This document shows, in pieces, positions 18,635-27,879 of a stretch of 64,000 nt of DNA. A program made the translations under genes and the position numbers. Position 1 is the stretch's first letter, and each line of letters begins with the position of its first letter. The notes beneath the pieces are model-generated. The model did not search any database and was not told where the DNA came from. It was given only the letters and a program-made list of their open reading frames with translations. This DNA comes from Sphingomonas sp. Lineage in GTDB: Bacteria; Pseudomonadota; Alphaproteobacteria; Sphingomonadales; Sphingomonadaceae. The stretch lies in NCBI RefSeq assembly GCF_045810705.1, contig NZ_JBJMVI010000008.1, positions 39,142 to 103,141 of the forward strand, given 5' to 3'.

Positions 18635-18650
18635 GTGATTATAATGAACT
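18635..18650 (+). promoter_or_regulatory. Cargo regulon motif copy A GTGATTATAATGAACT (upstream of TonB receptor)
   Basis: One of six KTG-N3-ATAATGAAST copies, all on the coding strand of the downstream gene. Confidence 0.75.
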
Positions 18651-18747
18651 TGATGAATGTTTTGCTTGTGTCACCCTCGCTGAAGGTGAGTTGCAGCCAT
18701 GAGCGCCGACATGGCTTCGGTCTCCAGCGGATTGGGTGGGAGCGCAC

Positions 18748-20709
18748 ATGTCGTCTGCTTGGCACCGCAGATTGCCTCTGGCCGTTGCGGCCGTATTCGC
18801 GGCGTTCCAGACGAGCGCAGCGCAGGCTCAGCACACATCCGACAATCCCGTAAAATCGGCTGACGACGCTTTCGGACTTAGACTCGGGTTGGAGTCGGTC
18901 GGACTCTACAGTCCAGGGTCAGTCCGCGGATTCAGCCCGATATCGGCTGGCAACGTGCGGATCGATGGCATGTATTTCGACCTGCAGGGGCCGCCCTCCG
19001 ATCGCGTCGTCGAGGGCTCGACGATTCACGTCGGTGTCAGCGAGATCGGCTATCCCTTTCCAGCGCCCACCGGCATCGCGGATTACAACCTGCGCAATGT
19101 GGGCGGCGATAAACCCTCCGCAACGGTCATCGCAAGCGCCGGGCCCTACGACGCACGGGGCATCAGCATCGATGGCAGCATTCCCCTGATCGGCAAGGAA
19201 CTCGTGTTGCCGATCGGGATAAGCACGCAAGTCAGCACGCAATCTTCCAAGGATGGAGCCTACTATCCGGGAATGACGTCTCGGGTCACGAGGATCGGCG
19301 CAACGCCCCAGTGGACGCCGAATTCGCACGTGACAGTGCGCGCGCTGATCGATTGGCAGAAAACCAGCGGGGCGAAAACCCTTCCGGAGTTCTTCGCCGC
19401 CGGCGATGTCCTGCCCCCACTGATCACAAAGGGCTACATCGCTCAGAATTGGGCCAAGGGGCGCAACAAGACATTGAACTTGGGAGGTCTGGTCACCGCA
19501 CAGCTGGCCAAAAACTGGCTGTTGCGAGCCGGGGTTTTCCGGTCGACGAATAACAACCCGGCAGGGTTCGCGGATCTCTATACGGGCATCCAACCGGACG
19601 GCCAATCCGATCATTTGGTTGTCGGCTTTCGGGATCAGAACGCTTCTTCCACGTCCGGGGAAGTGCGCCTCATTGGCACCTTCTTAACGAGCCATTGGCG
19701 CCAGCAGGTGATCCTCGCGGCTCGCGGACGCGACACCACAGCACATTTCGGCGGCAAGGATGTTGTGGATCTTGGTCCAGCCGACATCAGCAAGATCGTC
19801 CAAGCGCCGGAGCCCAACTTTACCTTTTCGGCGCGCTCCGCCGACCGGGCCAGACTGGGGAGCCTGGGGGCTGCCTACCGTGTCGACTGGAGCAGTAAGG
19901 GCGTGCTCGAGTTGGGGATCCAGAAGGAAGTTTATCGCGAGACCGCTAATAGTCCAGGGATCCCCCAATCGGAGATCTCGGCGCATCCTTTCCGGGCGTA
20001 CGCTAATGCGGCCTTCGCAGTCACACCAAAATTGACGCTTTACGGTGGTTATACCCAAGGCCTCGAGAATTCCGGTGTTGCGCCAAATTTTGCGCAGAAT
20101 AGCGGAGCGGTGCTGCCCGCCTCCCTGACATGGCAGTTCGATCTGGGCGCGCGCTATGCCGTGACACCCAAATTGAAGCTGATTGGCGGCGTGTTCGAAG
20201 TTGAAAAGCCCTATTTCAACCTGGATACGAGCAACTTCGACCGGCAGCTGGGCGTGCAGCAGGCGAAGGGCGTCGAGCTCTCGGTTGCAGGTGAGGTGAC
20301 CCAGAACCTCAACGTCAACATCGGGGCTCTCGCCGCCACCGTGGGCATCACCGGCCCGAATCTCGCCGCACAGGGTGTGGGCTCGATCGCCATCGGACAA
20401 CCGCATCTGACCTTCGTGGCCGCGGCCAACTACGCCCTGCCGCGCTGGCATACGGCGTCGATCGACGTGCGGTTCTTGTACATTGGGACCGCCCCGGAAA
20501 CGTTGGACAATCGCGTGTCCACGTCGCCCGCGAGCATCCTGAATATCGGAGGACGGTACAAATTCACCGCCTTCGGCAGGAACAACACCCTTCGTGTCCA
20601 GATCCAGAACGTCCTGGCTACCAATGTCTGGCAGCAACTGAGCACCCCGGGAGTCTTCCAATGGCCCGGTCCACGCAGGATTTTCGCCTATCTCACGACC
20701 GACCTTTAG
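18748..20709 (+). CDS. TonB-dependent outer-membrane receptor
   Basis: Signal peptide, plug GLYSPGSVRGF...GNVRIDGMYF, alternating beta-strands, GVFEVEKPY, QQAKGVELSVAG. Confidence 0.9.
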   Translation: MSSAWHRRLPLAVAAVFAAFQTSAAQAQHTSDNPVKSADDAFGLRLGLESVGLYSPGSVRGFSPISAGNVRIDGMYFDLQGPPSDRVVEGSTIHVGVSEIGYPFPAPTGIADYNLRNVGGDKPSATVIASAGPYDARGISIDGSIPLIGKELVLPIGISTQVSTQSSKDGAYYPGMTSRVTRIGATPQWTPNSHVTVRALIDWQKTSGAKTLPEFFAAGDVLPPLITKGYIAQNWAKGRNKTLNLGGLVTAQLAKNWLLRAGVFRSTNNNPAGFADLYTGIQPDGQSDHLVVGFRDQNASSTSGEVRLIGTFLTSHWRQQVILAARGRDTTAHFGGKDVVDLGPADISKIVQAPEPNFTFSARSADRARLGSLGAAYRVDWSSKGVLELGIQKEVYRETANSPGIPQSEISAHPFRAYANAAFAVTPKLTLYGGYTQGLENSGVAPNFAQNSGAVLPASLTWQFDLGARYAVTPKLKLIGGVFEVEKPYFNLDTSNFDRQLGVQQAKGVELSVAGEVTQNLNVNIGALAATVGITGPNLAAQGVGSIAIGQPHLTFVAAANYALPRWHTASIDVRFLYIGTAPETLDNRVSTSPASILNIGGRYKFTAFGRNNTLRVQIQNVLATNVWQQLSTPGVFQWPGPRRIFAYLTTDL

Positions 20710-20895
20710 TGATCACCCCCTAGAGGGGATCAACGGAAGTAAAGGCAGAACAGGCACTTAGAGCGTTCGTCAGCGCCAACTGGTTCCAAGAGCGGCTGCG
20801 GGCCAATAAGGCCAGGCGCATGTCGAAGCTCATCAATCCGCCGCTGCTCGACGGCAAGGCTCCGGCAGCGTGCGCAGCCGCGAGCCTGCCGCAAC

Positions 20896-21195
20896 TTACG
20901 GGATGTATTTCTCGGGCAATGGTGCAACGTCCGATTCGGCCTGCACTATGATGCTCGTGACGCGCCAGGTCATGCAGGTCCGGTCCTTGTCCGCGGGGCC
21001 GGTGATCGCCGCGTCGAGCGCTGCCGCAATGGCGTTGGGCTCGGATGGGAGGGCGCAGCTCGCAGCCGCCTCCGGCGATTGCGAACTCGTGGCGATCGCG
21101 CGAGCCTCCGATACCTGCTGCGCGTAGGCAATGTGGGGGGAGACCGCCGCGACAAATCCCAAGACGATTGCGGTTGCCGCAAATGTTCTATTCAC
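20896..21195 (-). pseudogene. Internally deleted, in-frame paralog of 24157..24738
   Basis: CALPSEP..AALDAAITGPADKDRTCM joins directly to WRVTSIIVQAES..PLPEKYIP; the paralog has about 88 extra residues at this junction. Confidence 0.75.
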
Positions 21196-21235
21196 GAACG
21201 TGTGCCCTTTCGATCGATGGCCGGCCCCGGCTGCT

Positions 21236-21251
21236 ACTTCATTATTTTCAC
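21236..21251 (-). promoter_or_regulatory. Cargo regulon motif copy B GTGAAAATAATGAAGT
   Basis: Upstream of the 20896..21195 gene. Confidence 0.75.
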
Positions 21252-21348
21252 GAATATAGTGCCAACAGAGCACGATCTCACCTGTGCCGCAGGGGAGATG
21301 AGCAGTCTTGTGCCGAAACCCTGGTCGTGCGCGCGCGGCATGATCCTG

Positions 21349-21364
21349 TTGCGAATAATGAACT
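21349..21364 (+). promoter_or_regulatory. Cargo regulon motif copy C TTGCGAATAATGAACT
   Basis: Upstream of the aminotransferase-RidA operon; continues TGTGGAA like copy F. Confidence 0.7.
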
Positions 21365-21389
21365 TGTGGAAGTGGCCTAATCTCCTGAG

Positions 21390-22577
21390 ATGGATCGCAT
21401 GGACCACCCCTTTGCTATGGATCGCGCTGCCGCGGTCTGGGCCGATCTTGGAGGCGCGACCTTCCTGAATTTCGCAGGGCACGCCGCCATGCCGCGCGCG
21501 GCGGTCGCGGCGGCCTGCGCGTCAGCGGCCTTGAAGGGTCGACCGGTCGGCGGGGATACGGCAAGCTTTTTCGATACATCCGAGCGTGTGCGCTCGTCGC
21601 TGGCGCAGCTGCTGGACGCCAGGGCCGGCGAAATCGCATTGACGACGGGCGCCGGGCCTAGCGCGGCCATCGTCGCCCTCGGCCTGTCCTGGGGACCCGG
21701 CGACGAGGTTCTGGTCTTGGAGGGTGACTTCCCGGTCCATTGGGCCACCTGGGCCCCAATGGAGGCGCGGGAGGGGCTGAAGGTCAAAGCTGTCCGACGA
21801 GAAGGCGACGTTGTGGATGACGTTCTCCAGGCGCTTGGACCCAAGACCCGGCTCGTTTCGATCAGCCATGTCGGGTTCGACGATGGAGCGCTTCTTGACG
21901 CCGGGCGCCTCTGCGCGGAGTGCCGGCGCCGGGGCGTTCTTGTGCTGCTGGATGCGAGCCAGTCGTGTGGGGCCGTCCCGCTGAGAGTCCAGGCTCTGGG
22001 CGCCGATTTCGTTGTCGGCGTTGGTTACAAGTATCTCTTGGGTCCTTGGGGTCTCGGCTTCCTTTGGACCTCGGCGGAGCGTTGGGCCGCGATGCGGCCG
22101 GCGCCGTGGAACTGGCTGTCCCAAGAAGTCCGCGTGTTCTCAGAATTGAACTTCGCCAACCCGGCGGCCTCAGTTGAGGCCAAGCGGTGGGACGCCGCGC
22201 AGATGACGGGGCCCTACAACATCAATCTCGCGGCCTTCGCTGCGTCACTGGATCAGGTCGTGGCGTGGGGGCCGGAACAGGTTTTTGCGCACGTCCATCA
22301 GCTGATCGAGCGCCTGTTCTCAGGGTTGCCCGCCGTTTGCCGACCAACCAGTCCACGTCGTGCCGGTGAGCGCGGTCCTTTCGGGTGCTTCGCGGCCGCA
22401 GACGACGCCGGGACCGACGACCTCTATGCGGCGCTTCAGCGCGAGCGGATCATCGTCAGCCGCCGAGGCAGCGCCATCCGCGTGGCGCCTCACCTCTTGA
22501 ACGACGCTGCCGACATCGACCGCTTGCTGGCCGTGGCGAACGACTTGGCCGGAGCGAGGCAGGAAACCTCAATATGA
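21390..22577 (+). CDS. Class V PLP-dependent enzyme (cysteine desulfurase/isopenicillin N epimerase-like)
   Basis: FLNFAG, LLDASQSCG, GYKYLLGPWGLGFL (PLP Lys), IRVAPHLLN. Confidence 0.9.
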   Translation: MDRMDHPFAMDRAAAVWADLGGATFLNFAGHAAMPRAAVAAACASAALKGRPVGGDTASFFDTSERVRSSLAQLLDARAGEIALTTGAGPSAAIVALGLSWGPGDEVLVLEGDFPVHWATWAPMEAREGLKVKAVRREGDVVDDVLQALGPKTRLVSISHVGFDDGALLDAGRLCAECRRRGVLVLLDASQSCGAVPLRVQALGADFVVGVGYKYLLGPWGLGFLWTSAERWAAMRPAPWNWLSQEVRVFSELNFANPAASVEAKRWDAAQMTGPYNINLAAFAASLDQVVAWGPEQVFAHVHQLIERLFSGLPAVCRPTSPRRAGERGPFGCFAAADDAGTDDLYAALQRERIIVSRRGSAIRVAPHLLNDAADIDRLLAVANDLAGARQETSI

Positions 22578-23053
22578 GCACCGAGGCGCGCCTTCGAGAG
22601 CTCGGAATCGATCTTCCCAACATCCCACCGCCGATCGCCGACGGGTACGTCCCAAAGTTCGCGCCGTGGGCTCGCAGCGGCGATCACATTTCCCTCTCGG
22701 GACGCCTGGCCAAGACTGGCGATCAGCTGCTGGTGGGGAAGGTCGGTGGGGATATTACCCTAGGCATCGCGAAATCGGCCGCCCGGGACGTCGCCATCGA
22801 ACTGCTTGGCGTCCTCAAGACCGCGGTCGGCGACCTCGATCACGTTTGCCAGGTGGCCCGCATGCTCGTCATGGTCAACGGCGCCCCAGGCTTCAATGAG
22901 CCGCACCGGGTCGCTGATGGTGCCTCGGAGCTGTTGGTCGAGGTCTTCGGCGAGCGCGGCCTTCACGCGCGTAGCGCCCTGGTTGCCTCGGATCTGCCAT
23001 TTGGCGCCGCGATCGAAATCGACCTTGTCGTTGAAGTCGCGAGCGCCGGCTAG
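22574..23053 (+). CDS. RidA/YjgF family protein (long subfamily)
   Basis: MSTEARLRELGIDLP...SG...GKVG...ADGASELLVEVFGERGLHARSA...LPFGAAIEIDLVV; ATG overlaps the upstream TGA. Confidence 0.9.
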   Translation: MSTEARLRELGIDLPNIPPPIADGYVPKFAPWARSGDHISLSGRLAKTGDQLLVGKVGGDITLGIAKSAARDVAIELLGVLKTAVGDLDHVCQVARMLVMVNGAPGFNEPHRVADGASELLVEVFGERGLHARSALVASDLPFGAAIEIDLVVEVASAG

Positions 23054-23081
23054 CGGGAGAGCCGTCTGGAAACGAACTGCC

Positions 23082-23462
23082 TCAGGCCCTGGCGATCAGA
23101 TCCATCTCGACGCTTGCGCCGAGCGGCAGAGCGACGACGCACACGGTCGTGCGGGCCGGAAAGGGCGCGGAGAATTGGCGGGCGTAGATGGCGTTAATAG
23201 CCGGATAGTCCTCCATTCGAGTGACGAAGATGCGCACCGAGATCACACTGTCGAAGCTCATGGAGGCCGTCCGGAGCAACGCGGCGACGTTGAGGAACAG
23301 CTGCTCGGTTTCCGCAATGACGCCGCCCGCCGTCAGCTTGCCAGTTGCTGAATCCTGGCCGACCTGACCGCTCATATATAGGAAGCCGTCAACCTCGATC
23401 GCCTGGGAATAGGGACCGACCGGCGCGGCGAGTTCCGGCGATGTCACTGCAGTCTTGCTCAT
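23082..23462 (-). CDS. RidA family imine/enamine deaminase
   Basis: APVGPYSQAI, YMSGQVG, INAIYARQF, PFPARTTVCVVALPLGASVEMDLIA. Confidence 0.92.
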   Translation of the reverse strand: MSKTAVTSPELAAPVGPYSQAIEVDGFLYMSGQVGQDSATGKLTAGGVIAETEQLFLNVAALLRTASMSFDSVISVRIFVTRMEDYPAINAIYARQFSAPFPARTTVCVVALPLGASVEMDLIARA

Positions 23463-23505
23463 CGAAAAACCTCTTCGGGCTGGGGCCTGTGCGCGAACCA
23501 CAACG

Positions 23506-23958
23506 TCACTTGAAAACAATCTCGCGCACGAGCTCTGTGCCAAGGACTTTCCTGTCCTCATTACGACGGACCCGAGCCTGGTTTTGACACTCGGCGCTGC
23601 AAATGACTTTTTCCGTCACGGCTTCAAACGCGTCGGCCTTATCGCCGATGTCCCCCGCATAGGACGCGTAGTCCTTGAAGGTGATTTCGAGATACACGTT
23701 GGGATCATCCACGGATTTCGGAGAGGACCGAAAGACCTTGTAACCGATGATGAGCCCGGCTTTCTTGGCGGCTTCCATGGTCGGCACCCAGGTCGAGGTC
23801 ACCCATTTCATGTAGTTATCAAAGTGCCCGTACTGGACCTGGATGTAGTCCACCTCAGTGACCGGGCCGTAGCTAAATTGGCGGGCGTCCTGAGCGATGG
23901 CACTGCCGGGGATCGGCGATGCTGCCAGAAAGGCAGACAGGGCTACAGCGATTTTCAT
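23506..23958 (-). CDS. Secreted hypothetical protein (dimeric alpha/beta-barrel-like)
   Basis: 150 aa with signal peptide; YMKWV...WVPTMEAAKKAGLIIGYKVF. Confidence 0.6.
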   Translation of the reverse strand: MKIAVALSAFLAASPIPGSAIAQDARQFSYGPVTEVDYIQVQYGHFDNYMKWVTSTWVPTMEAAKKAGLIIGYKVFRSSPKSVDDPNVYLEITFKDYASYAGDIGDKADAFEAVTEKVICSAECQNQARVRRNEDRKVLGTELVREIVFK

Positions 23959-24055
23959 ATTTGGTTACTCCCCGAACCTAATCATTGCGCGCAGCACTCG
24001 GCCGCCCGATTGTTCTCCAACGCTGCCCGAATACGCGCTGCCAAGAACCTTACAC

Positions 24056-24071
24056 AGTTCATTATCATCAC
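24056..24071 (-). promoter_or_regulatory. Cargo regulon motif copy D GTGATGATAATGAACT
   Basis: Upstream of the 23958 > RidA operon. Confidence 0.75.
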
Positions 24072-24156
24072 GGATATACTTCCGGATTAGCATGATCTCG
24101 CAGATGGTCGGAAGCCGGACCTGGCCCCCCGTTCGCTCAGATCGGGCTCGCCAATC

Positions 24157-24738
24157 CTAGGGCAAATATTCCTCGGGCAGGGGCGCCGAGGGCGATTCAG
24201 CCTGCACGGTAATGCCCGCGATTCGCCAACCGCCGGCCTCCTTGATCGCCTGGATGCTGTTGATGCCGCGCCCCACGGCTTTCCCTTCGACGCGAAGCAT
24301 GTAGAGGCTCCACAAATTCGACACCGCGCCGTAGCGATCAATGCGAAAATTCAGCTGCTTTTCTTCCAAGCTGATGTGACCGCGGGATCTGGTGCGTGCG
24401 ATCCAATCGTCGAGGCTCTGAAGCCTGTAGTTTGACCTCTCATCCGCGCCGGCCGGAGCGAACATCAAGCGCGCTTCGGGAATGAAAAGAGCCTTCATGC
24501 AGGCCCTGTCCTTGTCCGCGGGCCCGGAGATCGCGGCATCGAGCGCGGCAGGAATACCCCAAGGCTCCGACGGCAGCGCGCAGTCGGCAACCGGCGCGGC
24601 CGCCATCACACTCGACTGCGAGTCCCTATCTCTCCTCGCCAAAGCCTTGGCCGCCGGAGGGCGTTGCTCGTCATGAGCCGAGGCGGTTGAAGCGAAGACG
24701 CTCGCGGCAGCGAGGAAGGTGAAGAGATTGCGAGGCAT
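24157..24738 (-). CDS. Secreted NTF2/SnoaL-like protein
   Basis: MPRNLFTFLAAAS signal; ALFIPEARL...LDDWI...IDRYGAVSNLWSLY...RGINSIQ...GGWRI. Confidence 0.7.
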   Translation of the reverse strand: MPRNLFTFLAAASVFASTASAHDEQRPPAAKALARRDRDSQSSVMAAAPVADCALPSEPWGIPAALDAAISGPADKDRACMKALFIPEARLMFAPAGADERSNYRLQSLDDWIARTRSRGHISLEEKQLNFRIDRYGAVSNLWSLYMLRVEGKAVGRGINSIQAIKEAGGWRIAGITVQAESPSAPLPEEYLP

Positions 24739-24802
24739 GGATATTCCCTGAGACCGAGGACCTTCGGATAGCCCCCTTTGCTGCCGCTCGGAAAAACCCG
24801 CT

Positions 24803-24818
24803 ACTTCATTATTGGCAC
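24803..24818 (-). promoter_or_regulatory. Cargo regulon motif copy E GTGCCAATAATGAAGT
   Basis: Upstream of 24738. Confidence 0.7.
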
Positions 24819-24951
24819 GATAAAGATGCGTCTGAAGCACGATCTTATTCGTGGCGATGGCGCCTGATGTACGGCTCGTCTGGCAAGGTTTTCCGGGGTG
24901 GGAGAACCCTAGTACTGAAGGTGTAAGTCGCCCTTCGATCCTGCAAACTGG

Positions 24952-25842
24952 CTAGTTTCCTGGGGCGTCAAACAGATCGCCAATGCCGTCTTCAAGCAGT
25001 TTGACCGCTTTCTCCAGTGCTCCGAGTTGCCCAGCCCGCACGACCGCGACCGCCATCCGCAGGTCAAACGATGGTACCCGCAACACTTCGAACGCACCAC
25101 GAGCGTTGTTTCTCGCAATGACGCTCGCCGGCAGCAATCCCAGTCCATATCCTGATTGCACGAACTCGAGTTGTAGATGGATGTTGTGGATCTCGGCGGC
25201 GATCGTCGGGGTGTAGCCCGCCCGCTCAAGATGATCGACGAGGCTTGCCCGGAGAAAACAGCCAAGAGGGTTGAGAACCCAAGGTGCACCGCCCAGGCTC
25301 TTCCAATTGCCGTCGACCTTCTCTGCCGCGCTTTTGACGATCTCCACGCGATCCGTCGCAACGATATTCGTCAGGAGCGGCGCAGGCGCGGTCCGTCCGA
25401 CGGGCAGCGCAACGACCGCCACGTCCAGTTCGCCGGCGAGCAATCGGCTGAACAATGCACTTGCGCCCTCGCTCAACAGCCGCAGTCTGAGCCGCGGGAA
25501 TGTTTCCGTCAGCGCCCGAGTGGGTCCGGTAAGCGGTCCCACCGCCAGCGGGTGCGCGAGCCCGACGCGCAGGACGCCGTGAGGTTCGGTCTCGCTCGAG
25601 GTCAGGGATTTCAACGCCTCGGCCCCTTGGAGCAGACCTAGCGCTTGTTCGAGGACCCGAGCGCCGAGCGCGTTCAGGCGCGGCGGCTTGACCGAGCGGT
25701 CAAGCAGTTCGGCGCCCAGCGCATCTTCCAGCCTCTGCAGCTGGCGGGTGACCGCCGACGGCGTCCGGCACAGCCGGTCGGCGGCGGCGGCGATGGATCC
25801 CGCTCGCGCAAACTCCACGAGGGCGGGCAGATCATCGAACAT
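24952..25842 (-). CDS. LysR-type transcriptional regulator
   Basis: FARAGSIAAAADRLCRTPSAVTRQLQRLEDALGAELLDR HTH plus substrate-binding domain. Confidence 0.95.
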   Translation of the reverse strand: MFDDLPALVEFARAGSIAAAADRLCRTPSAVTRQLQRLEDALGAELLDRSVKPPRLNALGARVLEQALGLLQGAEALKSLTSSETEPHGVLRVGLAHPLAVGPLTGPTRALTETFPRLRLRLLSEGASALFSRLLAGELDVAVVALPVGRTAPAPLLTNIVATDRVEIVKSAAEKVDGNWKSLGGAPWVLNPLGCFLRASLVDHLERAGYTPTIAAEIHNIHLQLEFVQSGYGLGLLPASVIARNNARGAFEVLRVPSFDLRMAVAVVRAGQLGALEKAVKLLEDGIGDLFDAPGN

Positions 25843-25907
25843 GAAACCTCCTCAAGCATCTTTTGAACGCGGCCGACAGATCAACGTGCGCACATGGTAT
25901 GATAATA

Positions 25908-25923
25908 GTGATAATAATGAAGT
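25908..25923 (+). promoter_or_regulatory. Cargo regulon motif copy F GTGATAATAATGAAGT
   Basis: In the divergent gap between lysR and the GNAT/creatininase unit. Confidence 0.75.
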
Positions 25924-26201
25924 TGTGGAAAGTTTCTTCTCGTCGGAAAGGGAGGAATGATCGGTTTACTTGAAGTCTCAACCTGCGAGCGCGGAGGTCG
26001 CCGCGGCGTACTCGGCTCGACGGCGCGCCTGATTTTGAGGCGATGATCGACGATTTCTACACACCGGCCTGGGCCGACGCCCACGAGAAGTTCGGCGCGG
26101 ACTTGGTGGCCGGGCTCGCCCGGCTCGCCCGCCGGCTGCGGCCCCGCGACGCTGCCAAAGATGGCGGTCGCGGCAAGCGAGGCTTTGCTAAACATCAGCC
26201 G

Positions 26202-26687
26202 ATGCCTGAATCGATCACGATTGCATCGGAGGCCGCCATCGGCGCCGATGCTCAATATTGTCTCAGCGAATATTATCGCGAGCTGCAGGAGCGGTTCGAC
26301 GGCGGCTTCGACCCGGGTCTCAGCCTCCTTCCCTCGCTCGACGAATTCGCACCGCCGCGCGGTATGTTCCTCCTCGTCAGGTTGAACGGCCAGCCTGTGG
26401 GCTGCGGCGGGCTGAAGCCGATTTCGAAGGAAGCGGCTTACCTCAAGCGGATGTGGATCGCTTCAGGCGCACGCGGCCGCGGTCTTGCTCGCCGGCTGCT
26501 TTCGGCGCTTGAAGATGACGCGCGAGTGATGGGCTATTCCATCGTGCGACTGGAGACGAACAAGTCGCTCATCGAAGCGCAACAGCTTTATCGCTCCTCG
26601 GGCTATAGGGAAGTCGCGCCATTCAACGACGAGCGATACGCCCATCACTGGTTCGAAAAGCGGCTCGATCGGATATCGAAAAGATAA
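26202..26687 (+). CDS. GNAT N-acetyltransferase
   Basis: GQPVGCGGLK...LKRMWIASGARGRGLARRLL...RLETNKSL.EAQQLYRSSGY; start chosen at MPESITI, though the ORF is open from 26043. Confidence 0.88.
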   Translation: MPESITIASEAAIGADAQYCLSEYYRELQERFDGGFDPGLSLLPSLDEFAPPRGMFLLVRLNGQPVGCGGLKPISKEAAYLKRMWIASGARGRGLARRLLSALEDDARVMGYSIVRLETNKSLIEAQQLYRSSGYREVAPFNDERYAHHWFEKRLDRISKR

Positions 26688-26729
26688 GTGCCCCTGGGGC
26701 TCGGCTCACTTGGCCAATGGGAAACTGAC

Positions 26730-27617
26730 ATGCGCATTGCCTCGGCTCCGCGGTTCTTGCTGACGTCTATCGCGTGCGGAACGGCGGCCCTGATATTGCC
26801 CGCTGGATCGGCGCACGCCGCTCAATCCGCTCGTGCCGAGCGGTGCCCAAAGAACGACCAGGTCGAGTTCGAGAAGATGACTTGGGTGGAACTGAAATGC
26901 GCGATTGCAGCGGGAAAGACGACGGCGCTCATCTATACCGGCGGCGTCGAGCAACGGGGACCGCAGAGCGCGAACGGAGGCCATAACTTCATTGCCCATG
27001 AGACGGTCGAAGCGATTGCGAGGAAACTGGGCAATGCGATCTTCCTGCCCGTCCTGCCCTACACGCCCAATGATGCGGAATCGATCCCGGGCACCATCGG
27101 GATCACGGATGAGCTCCTCGGCGCAATGCTCGAACGCATCGCGCAACAAGCCGCGCTCAACGGCTTCCGCAACATTATCATCATGGGCGATCACGGTGGC
27201 GGCCAGCCGCAGGTCTACCAGAATGTCGCCAAGAAACTCGATGGGCAACTGAGCGGGGGCGCTCGCGTGTTTTACTGTGACCAGGTCTACAGGCCCGCGA
27301 ATGATGCGTTCGATCATTACCTGACGCAGCACGGCTTGCCGATCGGGCTTCACGGCTACCTCTTCGACACTTCAGAACTGATGTATCTCGACAAGGGTAA
27401 TACTTGGGTGCGCAGGGATCTGGTTCCCTCCGCCATCGGTGATCCCGTCGTCGGTCAGACCTCAGCGGATGGCAAGGCGCAGTTCGGTCCGCACAGTCCG
27501 CAAAACGGGATCCTCGGCGATGCGCGCCGTTCGACGGAAGAGCTTGGCAAGGTCGCAATCGACATGAAGGTCGATTTCGCGGTGAGGCAAATTCACAGCG
27601 TTCTGCCGTCCTCATGA
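26730..27617 (+). CDS. Creatininase/amidohydrolase family protein with signal peptide
   Basis: MTWVELK, GGVEQRGP, IIIMGDHGG, GLHGYLFDTSELMY, GILGD. Confidence 0.85.
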   Translation: MRIASAPRFLLTSIACGTAALILPAGSAHAAQSARAERCPKNDQVEFEKMTWVELKCAIAAGKTTALIYTGGVEQRGPQSANGGHNFIAHETVEAIARKLGNAIFLPVLPYTPNDAESIPGTIGITDELLGAMLERIAQQAALNGFRNIIIMGDHGGGQPQVYQNVAKKLDGQLSGGARVFYCDQVYRPANDAFDHYLTQHGLPIGLHGYLFDTSELMYLDKGNTWVRRDLVPSAIGDPVVGQTSADGKAQFGPHSPQNGILGDARRSTEELGKVAIDMKVDFAVRQIHSVLPSS

Positions 27618-27879
27618 CCTCATTGACGGCGCGAGTCCGAGAAATGGCCTTTTTGTGCCGCCCAGCCAGCCTAATGACCGCTTTCGACCCAATGCGGACA
27701 CGCAGGCACGGCGAAGGAAGTGTTCCACTGCGTTTAGCGCGGCACTTCGGCATGTCGACCTTTTCTGCGCGCAACAGCAAGATGCATCCCATTCGCAGCT
27801 CGACCTAGCTGCAATGTACTAATGGACCGAAGAGCGAGTGTGGGCGTGCGCCACCGGGGGGGTCTCGAAAGGCACCCAG

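Noticed and set aside
25895-25925. E. coli-type Fur box reading of GATAATAGTGATAATAATG
   Set aside because: Only one of the six motif copies resembles it well and the shared consensus is non-palindromic; kept only as an alternative to test
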